Source: Octopus bimaculoides (Eukaryota). From it: a DNA stretch of 64,000 nt. The stretch is taken from positions 49,522,104 through 49,586,103 of the forward strand of contig NC_068987.1 in NCBI RefSeq assembly GCF_001194135.2. The letters run 5' to 3'. A program made the position numbers and the translations under genes. The notes beneath the pieces are model-generated. The model saw nothing but the letters and a program-made list of their open reading frames with translations, ran no database searches and was not told the origin of the DNA. Shown one piece after another: positions 11,941-23,375 of this stretch (the stretch's first letter is position 1; every line of letters begins with the position of its first letter).

Positions 11941-12480
11941 CCAAGGGTGGGCTGAGGAGTTTCGGAAAATTCACACGAGTCCGGTTTTGTTTTGTCAAAA
12001 CTTTCAGAAAAATGGGTAATTTTTAATGAAATTCTCTACACACACCTTTCAGAGTGTGTAGATTACGATTATATCGGAATTTAATACGAAAAATAAAATT
12101 TGGTTGTCTCGTACACATACATGCTGATACACACCACATATATACATAAAATGAAACATGAAATTTCGAAAAAGAAAAATGTGTCTGTATGTATATGTAC
12201 GAATCCCCAATTTTTTTTTTTCAAGAAAACTTCATAAAAAAAATACTAATCTTTCTGAAAGATATGAGGAAACAAAGTCGACCCATGTGACTTTTCCGAA
12301 ACTCCCCACCACACACTCGATAAAAATTTCCATATTAAATTCCGATATAATCGTAATCTGCACCATCTGAAGGGGGTATTTGAGAGAGAAAAAAATCATT
12401 CAAAAATATCGATTTTTCTGAAAATTATGAAGAAACAAAGTCGGGATGGGGGTACACGTGTAGGTATGCCCCGGTTTATT
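11941..12480. mobile_element. Non-autonomous fold-back element, copy 1
   Basis: Built from inverted modules (GATTACGATTATATCGGAATT / AATTCCGATATAATCGTAATC; TTTCGGAAAA / TTTTCCGAAA); ends with GAAACAAAGTCGGGATGGGGGTACACGTGTAGG. Confidence 0.6.
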
Positions 12481-12785
12481 TACGTCACCGTAACTTAACG
12501 GTTCGGCAATGAGAGAGAGAGAATTTTAAAAAATGGGATACTAGGGTCGAGTAGTTCGACTACAACCCTCCAAGGAGGTGACCGAGCATGACCGCTGTTC
12601 AATAACTTACACAAGTAAAAGTTAAAAGACAAACCAACCGCTTAATTCGTTCGTTTCTTCCTCCTTTGAGACGGTGACAGCTATCAAGGAAGTTCACAGC
12701 AAAATTAATCCAGTGACGTATAAAAATAGACTTAGATATCCCGAGTGAGAAAAACAATATGTAGAGTCACGTATGAATTAAAATT

Positions 12786-12864
12786 GCCCAAGGTGCCACG
12801 CAGTGGGACTGAAACCGGAAATATGTGGTTGGTAAGCAAGCTACTTACCATACAGCCACTCCTG
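12786..12864 (-). mobile_element. SINE family 1 head fragment
   Basis: rc of the tRNA-like head CAGGAGTGGCTGTATGGTAAGTAGC... Confidence 0.8.
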
Positions 12865-13779
12865 GTCATTTTTTTTTTTTTAACACTACGCACTTAAAAA
12901 CGAAAGTACCAGGTGGTTGTGGAATGTGGTAGAAACAACAACTTTAACCGAAAAAGCTTCTCTCATCGTTTTTAAGTTCGTAATGCAAAACAAAAAACCA
13001 AAATCCGTCCGGTGAGTGTAGGGTGAAATACAGTGGAAGTTTAACATACAAGAGACATTTTTATCGTAGGTATAAAAAAATAAATAGAGGAGAGTGTTAA
13101 GTTCTTAAACGAAGTAAGGTAGATTTGACCAATTCTTCAGTTCTCANNNNNNNNNNNNNNNNNNNNNNNNNNNNNNNNNNNNNNNNNNNNNNNNNNNNNN
13201 NNNNNNNNNNNNNNNNNNNNNNNNNNNNNNNNNNNNNNNNNNNNNNNNNNNNNNNNNNNNNNNNNNNNNNNNNNNNNNNNNNNNNNNNNNNNNNNNNNNN
13301 NNNNNNNNNNNNNNNNNNNNNNNNNNNNNNNNNNNNNNNNNNNNNNNNNNNNNNNNNNNNNNNNNNNNNNNNNNNNNNNNNNNNNNNNNNNNNNNNNNNN
13401 NNNNNNNNNNNNNNNNNNNNNNNNNNNNNNNNNNNNNNNNNNNNNNNNNNNNNNNNNNNNNNNNNNNNNNNNNNNNNNNNNNNNNNNNNNNNNNNNNNNN
13501 NNNNNNNNNNNNNNNNNNNNNNNNNNNNNNNNNNNNNNNNNNNNNNNNNNNNNNNNNNNNNNNNNNNNNNNNNNNNNNNNNNNNNNNNNNNNNNNNNNNN
13601 NNNNNNNNNNNNNNNNNNNNNNNNNNNNNNNNNNNNNNNNNNNNNNNNNNNNNNNNNNNNNNNNNNNNNNNNNNNNNNNNNNNNNNNNNNNNNNNNNNNN
13701 NNNNNNNNNNNNNNNNNNNNNNNNNNNNNNNNNNNNNNNNTTTTTTTTTTTTTTGGATGGTGCAGATGGTAGAGAGGGA

Positions 13780-14245
13780 AACTTCTGAAAATTAACAAAA
13801 TTCGGCTTTGTATCCTCGTAACTTTCAGAAAAATGGGTATTTCTTTACGAAAATTTCTACAAATACCGTTCTGATGGTGTGGATTACGATTATATCGGAA
13901 TGTAATATGAAAAAAAAAATGGTGGGCTCGCACACATAATTTTTTTCAAATTTCAAATTTTCATTTTTGATGTGTCAGTATGTATATGTGCGAGCCTATT
14001 ATAATTTTTTTTTTTTTAGTATTAAATTTCGATATAATAATATACACCATCTGAAAGGATTTATAAAAAATTTCAAAGTTATGAAAAAACAAAGCGACCT
14101 CGAGTGAATTTTCCGAAACTCCTCTTCCCATCCTTGGAAAACATTTTTCACAGCAAATTTCGATATAATCGGAATTCTACCCTATCAGGAATAATGAGGA
14201 AACAAAGTCGAGCAGGGAGGGTCAAACTTGTGTAGGTATTTCCTT
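13780..14245. mobile_element. Non-autonomous fold-back element, copy 2
   Basis: 13810-13935 aligns directly to ~11990-12120; 14095-14137 is the inverse of 11941-11985; same terminal GAAACAAAGTCG...GTGTAGGTA motif. Confidence 0.6.
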
Positions 14246-14353
14246 TCTCGAACTGTAGCAGGATATTAACCAATTGCAATTTACATTGAATAAAAAAAAA
14301 AACAATAACTCACTGGGATTAACAATGATTTACTCAGAGTATTTTCGCAAAAG

Positions 14354-14364
14354 TTCCGGAAGTG
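14354..14364 (+). promoter_or_regulatory. ETS/GABP-type motif TTCCGGAAGTG in a CpG-retaining region
   Basis: Exact CCGGAAGTG at 14356-14364; motif only, no transcript evidence. Confidence 0.3.
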
Positions 14365-14456
14365 AGAAATCTTGCCAAGACTGCTTATATGTGAAAATCA
14401 CATCAAATCTAGTCACAATAAATCACGTATAATATTTATAATACAGGCATAAATAG

Positions 14457-15336
14457 TGAGTCATCCCATAAATAACGCGATTGGAGGGGGACGGGATAAA
14501 CTACCTGCATCAACTTGCGATAAAAGCAGGTAGTAATTTTACCCTGGAGGAACAAAATCCCATCGTAACTGTTTAGGAACTACCAGAGAAGCTTGGATTT
14601 AGTCATATAACTATTCACCGACACCTGCGTGCCATTGGAAAAGTCAGCAACTTGGGTCAATGGATTCTTCACAAACTTTCCGAGTCTAATCGCACGAAGA
14701 GACTTAATATATGCTCTTTGCTGCCACGTCTCACGAATGAACTTTTTTTTAACCGAATAGTGACTGGTGACGAAAAATCGGTTCTCTATATAAATGTCAA
14801 GCGGTGAAGATAGTGGGTAGGGAAAGGAAAAACACCGGCATCCCAGGCTAAAGAAGGTCTTCACCCACGTAAAGTGTTGTTATCTGTTTGGTGGGACATG
14901 AAAGGTTTAGTCCACTTTGAGCTCTTAAACCCAAACCAAACGATAATAAAGGAGATCTCCAGCGAACAACTTGAGCGGCAAAAGTCAGGGCTAGAAGAAA
15001 ACGACCATCATTGGTTTCAAGACGAAAGGTGTTCTTCCATCAGGATAATGCTCAGCCACATACAGTGAGGATGACATTCCAAAGGCTGGAGCAGTTTGAA
15101 TGGGAAACGATGTCCCACCCACCATATTCACCAGACATTAGCCCATCTGGTTATTACTTATTTTGCATCTTTAAAATCACTTGGATGGAAAAAAAAACAT
15201 GAATTCTATAGACGAGGTCAAAACTGTAGTGAAGGAGTATTTTTCGTCACTGACAAGGGAATTTTAAAGAGGGGCCTTGCAAGTCTACCAGATAAATGGA
15301 AGAGTATTGTAGAAAATGAAGGAGAGTATATTTTAC
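14457..15336 (+). mobile_element. Mariner family A copy 2: internal deletion, 3' TIR lost
   Basis: 5' TIR GAGTCATCCCATAAATAA; VTGDEKS, FHQDNAQPH, HPPYSPDISPSGY, WKSIVENEGEYIL; leader fused directly to ACCCTGGAGGAAC. Confidence 0.9.
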
Positions 15337-16285
15337 ATCCACGGCCTCCAAACAACTTCGGAATCTCTTGCAACTCTTCTGGACAGACTCCTTGTTGTTT
15401 AAGTTGGTGAATGCTACCATAGTCCTTGCCTTCAGTCCGTCTTTGATGTTACAATGAGTTTTGTTGGTCGCTCGCTCAACTGTGCCCCACTCATAATAAT
15501 CAAGGGAGTTAGATGGCTAGATGTTAGGGGTGATGTTGTCGCACAAATTGTCTGATAGCCATGACTGGATTCTCCTGCTTGTGTGGCATGGTGCAAAGTC
15601 CTGTTGCCAGACATAGGGTCTTCCAGCAGCCACCCTCTTGACCAGGGGCAGCACTAACCCTTCCAGGCACCTGATGTAGGCCTCTGTGTTGAGTCTGAGG
15701 CCGTGTGGGGAGATGAATGGAGGCATAACATCACCATCTCTCGTGATCACTCCAAACACCAAGATGTTGACTGGATGCTTGATTTTTATCAATCTCGGCA
15801 CGTGTTTTGGGGGAGACATGGCAAGCCAACGGTTGTTCTGTGTTTTCGCCATCTGATCCTTGCAGAAATTTTTCTCGTCTGAGAAAGAACAAACCATGTT
15901 CAGTTGGATGGGATGCTTGAGTTCGTTCAAAAGCTTCGTAGTGTGGTCTTTCCTCTTGATCTTGATGGCTTGGGAAAAATTGGCCCTTTCTCATCGTGTA
16001 TGAGGAATACCGAATGTCTTCATGCACTAACTGCCTAATAAAAAAACTATGGTACTCCCATGTTCAAGACGATGGACCCAATTGACTTGGGGGGGATCGC
16101 ATTCAATCAAGGTCTAGATCCCACCAACAAATTCACGACTTCTTTTCTTATCAGAACGATCAGAGTGAGTTTTCCAAGCTACCGTACCTTCGTAATCATC
16201 ATTAGATACATCCGACTCTTTACAAATCCTCTGCACTGTCCCCAGCCTGACATCCAAATACTCTGAAATGTTCGCAAACCAAATC
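15337..16285 (-). mobile_element. maT/DD37D-type transposase remnant
   Basis: FSDEKNF, YVWQQDFAPCH, LKARTMVAFTNL...KRFRSCLEAV; both ends truncated. Confidence 0.88.
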
Positions 16286-16419
16286 CAAAAACAGAATATA
16301 TATATATATTTATATATATATATATATATATATATTTCATGAGGAATGAAGATAAGGAACAATTCTTTACAAAAATGAAGATATTTGGATGGGTAATAAT
16401 GTACAAGGGAAAGTGTCTT

Positions 16420-17330
16420 GTGAAGGAGCTCAATGAAACAGATATACTTACAATTTCTTGTACATTATGAGGACATTATTACACAGACTAAGCTAATTGT
16501 TCCAGATGGATGGGTTTATAGGGAAGTTGCTGTGATTTTCATATTTTCAGCCATTCAGTTTGGGGGAGAATTCTGTTATGAAGTGTTGTTCCATATTTTT
16601 TCTGAAGAAGGTGTCATTCCTAGGGCATTTATAGAAGGGAAAGATCTTAAATTTTCCTTCTCCACATGTTTCTAAGTGTTTACTCAGTGGAATCGTTTGC
16701 AGTACCTCCTGTCGGACATCTCAATGAATTCTGGCTCATTGGCATAAAGAATTTCCAGTTTCACCTGTATAATTCTCCTTGCGTGTGAGACAAGTTATGC
16801 AGTATATTACGTTCTGCATCTTGCAATTCATGTCTGCATTTACTTTGAATGTGTGACCACTCTTAAATTTTATTTGTTTGTTTCCCTCTATATATTTGTA
16901 GATGGGGTTATTGCAGATACCACATCTACTGTCTCCACATTCTTTTACAAAGAATTCGGTTTCATTCTCTGATGAGAATTTTGCTCTTGTCAGTTGTTTT
17001 TGCAGGTTTTTCTCTTGGCATTTACTGTTTCTTATGCAGTATTTGTTTAATAGGTTTCCCATTTTGGGGTTTGTAGGACTATTGGTAAGTTTGAATGTAT
17101 AATTTGAAACATGTTGGTAACTCCAGGATTGTGTGTGTTTATGAAAAGGATGATGTTTTCTTTGTTTTTCTTTTTTGGAGTTCTGAGTTGTGTGATGTCC
17201 AGTTTCATTGCTCATGAAATACCATTTTTTATTAATTTGAGTGGGTATTTCTGTTCTAGTAGGGAGTTATATAATGCAGTATATGGATAATTCATCCTGA
17301 TCACGCTATTTATAGCATTATTACGTGTTT
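16420..17330 (-). mobile_element. Penelope-like element 3' part (GIY-YIG endonuclease)
   Basis: CGDSRCGIC...MNCKMQNVIYCITC...NYTGETGNSL; Cys-rich linker plus a GIY-YIG-like NVIY/YTGET motif. Confidence 0.9.
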
Positions 17331-17359
17331 GAGTAAAAAATTTATTTCTGTATCTTACA

Positions 17360-17880
17360 ATACATCTCAATGCTTCTATATGGATTTCCTGCTGCAGGCT
17401 GGAACATTACAACAGTCTTGTCCAGGCTAATGCCAAGTCCAAATGCCTTGCAAGATATCTTGAGTATTGAGGTGATGGTGCACAAGCACTGGTTACGCTG
17501 GACTGGACACCTTATTAGAATGAAGGATAGCAGGATTCCTAAGCAGATGCTATATGGAGAACTTGTGAATGGAAGGAGACTCCGGTAGAAACCAAGGCTG
17601 CGCTTTAAGGACTGTGTCATGTCCTCATTAAAGGTCTGTGATATGCAGGAGAACAATGGGAGAACAATGCCTGTCATCGCCACAGATGGAGGAAGCAGGT
17701 TAAGGAGGGGATCGACACTTTTGAGAGAGCATGAAGAACTTAAGCAAGCTGCGCAAAAGCACACAGCTCATATAGTGAATGGGGAAAGTTTAATCTGCAA
17801 TGTTTGCAGTCGTGTATGCTTGTCAAAAGCAGGGCTCATTAGCCACCAACGGAGTCGCAAATGCAAAATATAAGTTAGTC
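17360..17880 (+). mobile_element. RTE (BovB-like) 3' end with an inverted 5' segment
   Basis: HKHWLRWTGHLIRMKDSRIPKQMLYGEL and terminal CxxC..H zinc finger (LICNVCSRVCLSKAGLISHQR); 17370-17450 reads KAFGLGISLDKTVVMFQPAAGNPY on the minus strand. Confidence 0.88.
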
Positions 17881-18549
17881 CTAGAGCGTAGTTTCAAATA
17901 TAGGATGTTTTTGAAAGATACAATATTTTATAATGAGATTATATATACTTTCTCACACAACAATTAAAATACATTTATTTTAAATCATTTATTTATTTTA
18001 AATCGTTCATCTTTCTCCCCCCCCCCTCTCACTCTCACACACACATACTACTTTGGGAGCGTAAGAGTTTTGTTTATATTTCACGCAGAAGAAAAAAGTT
18101 TATTGACAATCCATTTATTTAACAACAATGAAACAAAGAGGTATGTAACAATTTGTCAGTGAATTACACAATATAAATGTATCATAAGATCGCCTTTTAC
18201 CCAAGTGCCAAAGCTGTCACTTAACCCACGTGTGTTTATTTACATCACATTGGCCTTTTCCGTAAAAGTGTTGGAGGGATTTGGCACTGGTATCGTAAGA
18301 TCACCGCAGGCCAGGATAGTTGATTCCACGCAAAAAATCCGATTTATTTTTTTCTTAGTGAAAATTGTGCGAGTGTTATCTAAAAATTTAGCTGGAGTTT
18401 TTCATGGTAAATTTGAGATTTAAAAACAAATTTTATCCATATTCTTAATCTCCGTATTTTTCCCGTACATTGAAAAATAGATGGTGAAAAGATCAATGAG
18501 TAGGTGGAGTGAAATTTTGAGGATTTCAGCACACCGGTGTCAAGCATCC

Positions 18550-18680
18550 ATTTGGGGGAGCCATGCTTTTCACATGGGCAACTATATGTGGCCTGCTCCC
18601 GTGTGGGTAGTAGAAACGCTCTTTTTGTGTATGCTCCTCAGGGAAGAACACACAATGTTGTCTATGGCGAAGTTTTATAG
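18550..18680 (+). mobile_element. Helitron Pif1-like helicase C-terminal fragment
   Basis: Frame not shown in the ORF track: IHLGEPCFSHGQLYVACSRVGSRNALFVYAPQGRTHNVVYGEVL*. Confidence 0.85.
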
Positions 18681-20023
18681 ACAAGTTGTCATTGCAGCCG
18701 ATGTGGATATAAACAGTGATCCGGAAGCATTGGCCGGACATATTCTCAAACCATGGCAACATGACTTATGGACTCTTCCTCTTTTTTATTGGACAATGCT
18801 GACTTCTCCAACAACAATGCTCACTCGGCTGATATCAGTGATTGGCTAAGTTGCTCATAGAGTTAACCTAGAAGGGACAGGCCCCTTATTTTTTGGTTAA
18901 GGCTGTTGGTAAGTTTTCCTAAGTTACTCCAATCCAGATCTCCAATGCAAACCTTCAGATCAACCTTCTCCTATGCAGATCTCTAATGCAACTTAAAANN
19001 NNNNNNNNNNNNNNNNNNNNNNNNNNNNNNNNNNNNNNNNNNNNNNNNNNNNNNNNNNNNNNNNNNNNNNNNNNNNNNNNNNNNNNNNNNNNNNNNNNNN
19101 NNNNNNNNNNNNNNNNNNNNNNNNNNNNNNNNNNNNNNNNNNNNNNNNNNNNNNNNNNNNNNNNNNNNNNNNNNNNNNNNNNNNNNNNNNNNNNNNNNNN
19201 NNNNNNNNNNNNNNNNNNNNNNNNNNNNNNNNNNNNNNNNNNNNNNNNNNNNNNNNNNNNNNNNNNNNNNNNNNNNNNNNNNNNNNNNNNNNNNNNNNNN
19301 NNNNNNNNNNNNNNNNNNNNNNNNNNNNNNNNNNNNNNNNNNNNNNNNNNNNNNNNNNNNNNNNNNNNNNNNNNNNNNNNNNNNNNNNNNNNNNNNNNNN
19401 NNNNNNNNNNNNNNNNNNNNNNNNNNNNNNNNNNNNNNNNNNNNNNNNNNNNNNNNNNNNNNNNNNNNNNNNNNNNNNNNNNNNNNNNNNNNNNNNNNNN
19501 NNNNNNNNNNNNNNNNNNNNNNNNNNNNNNNNNNNNNNNNNNNNNNNNNNNNNNNNNNNNNNNNNNNNNNNNNNNNNNNNNNNNNNNNNNNNNNNNNNNN
19601 NNNNNNNNNNNNNNNNNNNNNNNNNNNNNNNNNNNNNNNNNNNNNNNNNNNNNNNNNNNNNNNNNNNNNNNNNNNNNNNNNNNNNNNNNNNNNNNNNNNN
19701 NNNNNNNNNNNNNNNNNNNNNNNNNNNNNNNNNNNNNNNNNNNNNNNNNNNNNNNNNNNNNNNNNNNNNNNNNNNNNNNNNNNNNNNNNNNNNNNNNNNN
19801 NNNNNNNNNNNNATATTATAAATTTCAGTTACTGTTCAATTTAGAACGCTATAAGATCCGTTAGAGCAATAATCATCAAAATAAATATCAAATTAAATAA
19901 ATAAATAAATAAATAAATAAAGAATGTAAGAAAGAAAGAAAGAAATCATGCCGTAGAAAACAATTTTTAAAAAAAATTTCTTAATTATAACATTCAAACT
20001 AGAGTAAAACAAAAACACACTTA

Positions 20024-20058
<35 letters not shown>

Positions 20059-20062
20059 TAAT
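20024..20062. repeat. (TAA)n microsatellite
   Basis: Directly visible. Confidence 0.9.
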
Positions 20063-20334
20063 GTTCTTAAATAAAATTCACTCTAATAAACTCTAGCACA
20101 TACCAATATACACAATTAAAATAAAATTTAATCTTATATCAATTCAGCAAAAAATATAAACCTCAGTACTATCACGCTATATTATATCTCCAATATCCGT
20201 ATTACATTTACGTTATCATAAATTGTAAATAAGAAAAGAAAACTGTCTTCAATGAAAAAATGTACATAGGTCTATTTATTTGTTATTATTATTGTTATTG
20301 TTGTTGTAATAAAGTATTTTCAACGGATCAATTT

Positions 20335-20858
20335 TGAGCTCTGCCGGAGTCTCCTTCCATTCACAAGTTCTCCATATAGTATCTGCTTAGGAATCCTGCT
20401 ATCCTTCATTCTAATAAGGTGTCCAGTCCAGCGTAACCGGTGCTTGTGCACCATCGCCTCAATACTTAAGATATCAGCTGTCCTCAGGACCTGTGTGTCT
20501 GGAATTTTTGAGGTCCAGCCAAGATTGAGAATGTGCCTGAGACATCTCTGATGAAAGCGTTCAAAGACCCTTACCTGACGTTTGTACAGAGTCCATGTCT
20601 CACATGAGTAGAGGAGCAATGTTAGTACACATGCACGGTACACAGCAACTTTTGTTTGCCTTGCTATGCCATGCTTGTACCAGACATGAGACTGAAGAGA
20701 CCGGACGGAATTAGTTGCTTTCTGCAACCTGAAAGATATTTCCTCATCCAGGGAGCAAGAACGGCTGAGTATGCTGCCCAGGTAGACAAATTTGTCTACT
20801 ACCTTCAGAATTGTTCCTTCAACCAAGATAGCTGGTTTCACATGGATTTCCTGGTGCA

Positions 20859-20860
<2 letters not shown>
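20335..20860 (-). mobile_element. RTE (BovB-like) RT C-terminal fragment
   Basis: VVDKFVYLGS...LLYSCETWT...HKHRLRWTGHL; about 5 differences over ~135 nt shared with the 17450 copy. Confidence 0.92.
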
Positions 20861-20891
<31 letters not shown>

Positions 20892-20914
20892 TATACATAT
20901 GTATAGATGTATTG

Positions 20915-21750
20915 TGATTAAAATGGCACCAAAAGGAAAGGAATTATAAGAAGTTTTGAAGAAAATTATTTTTAAATTGCTCAAGAATTATTTAGGATAC
21001 ATGTTAATAAGCAAACGAATTCATATTAGCATAAACATTGTTGCCAAAGTAATTTCAATATACAAAGCTACTGGATGGCTAAGTAATAAACATTGTCTGG
21101 GTCATCCTTATATTTTAACTGCACATCTAATGTTGCATGATAGACTACAAGCATCGTGTGTCCGCTCATACAGTTCGCCAAAGTCTAATCCAATGTGGTC
21201 TTCATAGATGCATTCCTTGTAAGTAGTTTCTCCTCGCTACGAGGCATAAATCATTTCATCTTTCTTTTGCCAAAACCTATGTAAGGGAAGGAAGTGTTGG
21301 AATAAAATTATTTTTTCTGACAAGAATAAAATCAACTTATTTGGGTCAGATGGTATTAAACGAGTATGGCAACAACCAGGTGATGACAATAGCAACAAAT
21401 GCACCATGCCTCCTGTGAAAAACCACAGCAGAAGTTTTATGCTTTGGGGATGCATGAGTGTGGCTGGTGTGGGAGGGCTCACATTTATTGAGAGAACAAT
21501 GGATTCAAGGCTTTATTGTGACATATTGCAAAAAGCAATGTTGAAAAGCATCAAGGAAGACATTCCATGTTCCAACAAGATAATGACTCTAAACACATTT
21601 CAAAGATGACGACTAAAGTTTTACCAGATAAAAAGGTAAAGGTATTGCCTTGGCCTACCATGTCACCTGATTTAAACTTAATAGAACATCTGTGGGGTGT
21701 TTTGAAAAGGAAAATTGGAGAAAAAAACCCACAATGTAACACAGTTGAAA
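20915..21750 (+). mobile_element. Tc1-type (DD34E) transposase remnant
   Basis: MAPKGKEL..., IIFSDKNK, MLWGCMSVAGVG, FQQDNDSKH, WPTMSPDLNLIEHLW. Confidence 0.9.
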
Positions 21751-21808
21751 GGCAGTGCTCTAGCATGGCAGCAGTCAAATGACTCAAACAAGTAAAAGAG
21801 TAAAAACG

Positions 21809-22185
21809 AGGTAAGAAGCTTGCTTCCCAACCACATAGTTCCGAGTTCAGTCCCACTGTGTGGTACCCTGGGCAAGTGTCTTCTACTATAGCCTTGGACT
21901 GGTCAAAATCTTGTGAGTGGATTTTGTAGACAGAAACTGAATGCAGCCCATTGTATATACATATATATATGTATATATTTGTGTGTGTCTGTGTTTGTCC
22001 CCCCACTATCTCTTGACAATCAATGTTGGTTTGTTTACGTCCCCGCAACTTAGCGGTTTGGTAAAAGAGACCGATAGAATAAGTATTAGGCGTACAAAGA
22101 ATAAGTCCTGGGGTCGATTTGTTGAACTAAAGATGGTGCTCTAGCATGGCCACTGTCAAATAACTGAAACAAGTAAAAGAATAAA
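21809..22185 (+). mobile_element. SINE family 1 copy
   Basis: Head, (TA/TG) centre and ...GAAACAAGTAAAAGAAT tail. Confidence 0.85.
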
Positions 22186-22214
22186 AGTATATACATATAT
22201 GTATTTGTAGGGTA

Positions 22215-22374
22215 AGGGGTAAACAAAGAAAATGCCAATGCCCTCTTAAGCCTTGGATCCCTAGGTCTGTAAGATAGTCCATAAATCAGAAACAAAAAAA
22301 CAAATAAAATCTGTGACAGTTAAAAATCTGCTTAGAATTATTTACTAGCCTGTATGGTCTGGCTAAGTCAAAAT
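22215..22374 (-). mobile_element. L1/Tx1-like LINE RT fragment
   Basis: Aligns to 45915-46070 (AGAAAATGCCA..CTTAGAATTATTTACTAGCCTGT..GGTCTGGCTAAGTCAAAAT). Confidence 0.55.
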
Positions 22375-22906
22375 NNNNNNNNNNNNNNNNNNNNNNNNNN
22401 NNNNNNNNNNNNNNNNNNNNNNNNNNNNNNNNNNNNNNNNNNNNNNNNNNNNNNNNNNNNNNNNNNNNNNNNNNNNNNNNNNNNNNNNNNNNNNNNNNNN
22501 NNNNNNNNNNNNNNNNNNNNNNNNNNNNNNNNNNNNNNNNNNNNNNNNNNNNNNNNNNNNNNNNNNNNNNNNNNNNNNNNNNNNNNNNNNNNNNNNNNNN
22601 NNNNNNNNNNNNNNNNNNNNNNNNNNNNNNNNNNNNNNNNNNNNNNNNNNNNNNNNNNNNNNNNNNNNNNNNNNNNNNNNNNNNNNNNNNNNNNNNNNNN
22701 NAGTACCATATTCACCTGAATCTATATATCTATCTATATATATATATATATATATTTTATTATATGTATTTATTTTCTCCTAATTAATAAATAACTCAGA
22801 CAAAATAAATTGGTTAATAGATACCAGGGTAGCAAAGATCACAAAATAACTGTGGTGTAACTCCTGTTTATGAGGTAGAAACTCCTTGATATTTTGGGTA
22901 CTTGAT

Positions 22907-23106
22907 TATATATAAATTTAATGAATGGAGTAAAACGCATATTCTAACTGCATACTTTTATTTCCAACATATGTTTCGAAGAATTACAAATTATACCATC
23001 CATAGGAATCGGCGATGTTAAAAATGTAATCTTCTCTTCAGGGAAATGCATGGGAACCAGCTTACACGTAATATGCGTTTTACTCCATTCATTAAATTTA
23101 TATATA
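22907..23106. repeat. 37 bp perfect inverted repeat enclosing a hammerhead
   Basis: TATATATAAATTTAATGAATGGAGTAAAACGCATATT (22907-22943) and its reverse complement (23070-23106). Confidence 0.92.
22960..23047 (-). ncRNA. Intact minimal type-I hammerhead ribozyme, ATAT loop, GUU site
   Basis: rc: ATTTCC-CTGAAGA-GAAGATTACA..TGTAATTCTTC-GAAAC-ATAT-GTT-GGAAAT. Stem I 6 bp, stem II 10 bp with one bulge, G10.1-C11.1 closing pair, full core. Confidence 0.88.
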
Positions 23107-23375
23107 TATATGAAAATACAAGTATATCAAATACCATAGAATACAAATACTTGATTTAATAAAATTCTCTGTCTCTAGATGATTTGCAGTAATTACCAAA
23201 TGACAATTGAGTATGCTTGCATATGAGAAGGGGAAATAATTACAAGAATCAATAATTCTCCAAAGCGGACGTCATTAATGAAAAGGGCAGGCTTATATAG
23301 TATGGAGACAGGTCGACACTGCGTTGAAGGGTTTTGTAGATGTAATTTAACTACTATATCTAGAGTATGTATTAA

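Noticed and set aside
16400-16450. TTGTGAAGGAGCTCAATGAAACAGATATA hammerhead-like string
   Set aside because: Core and all stems are too degenerate.
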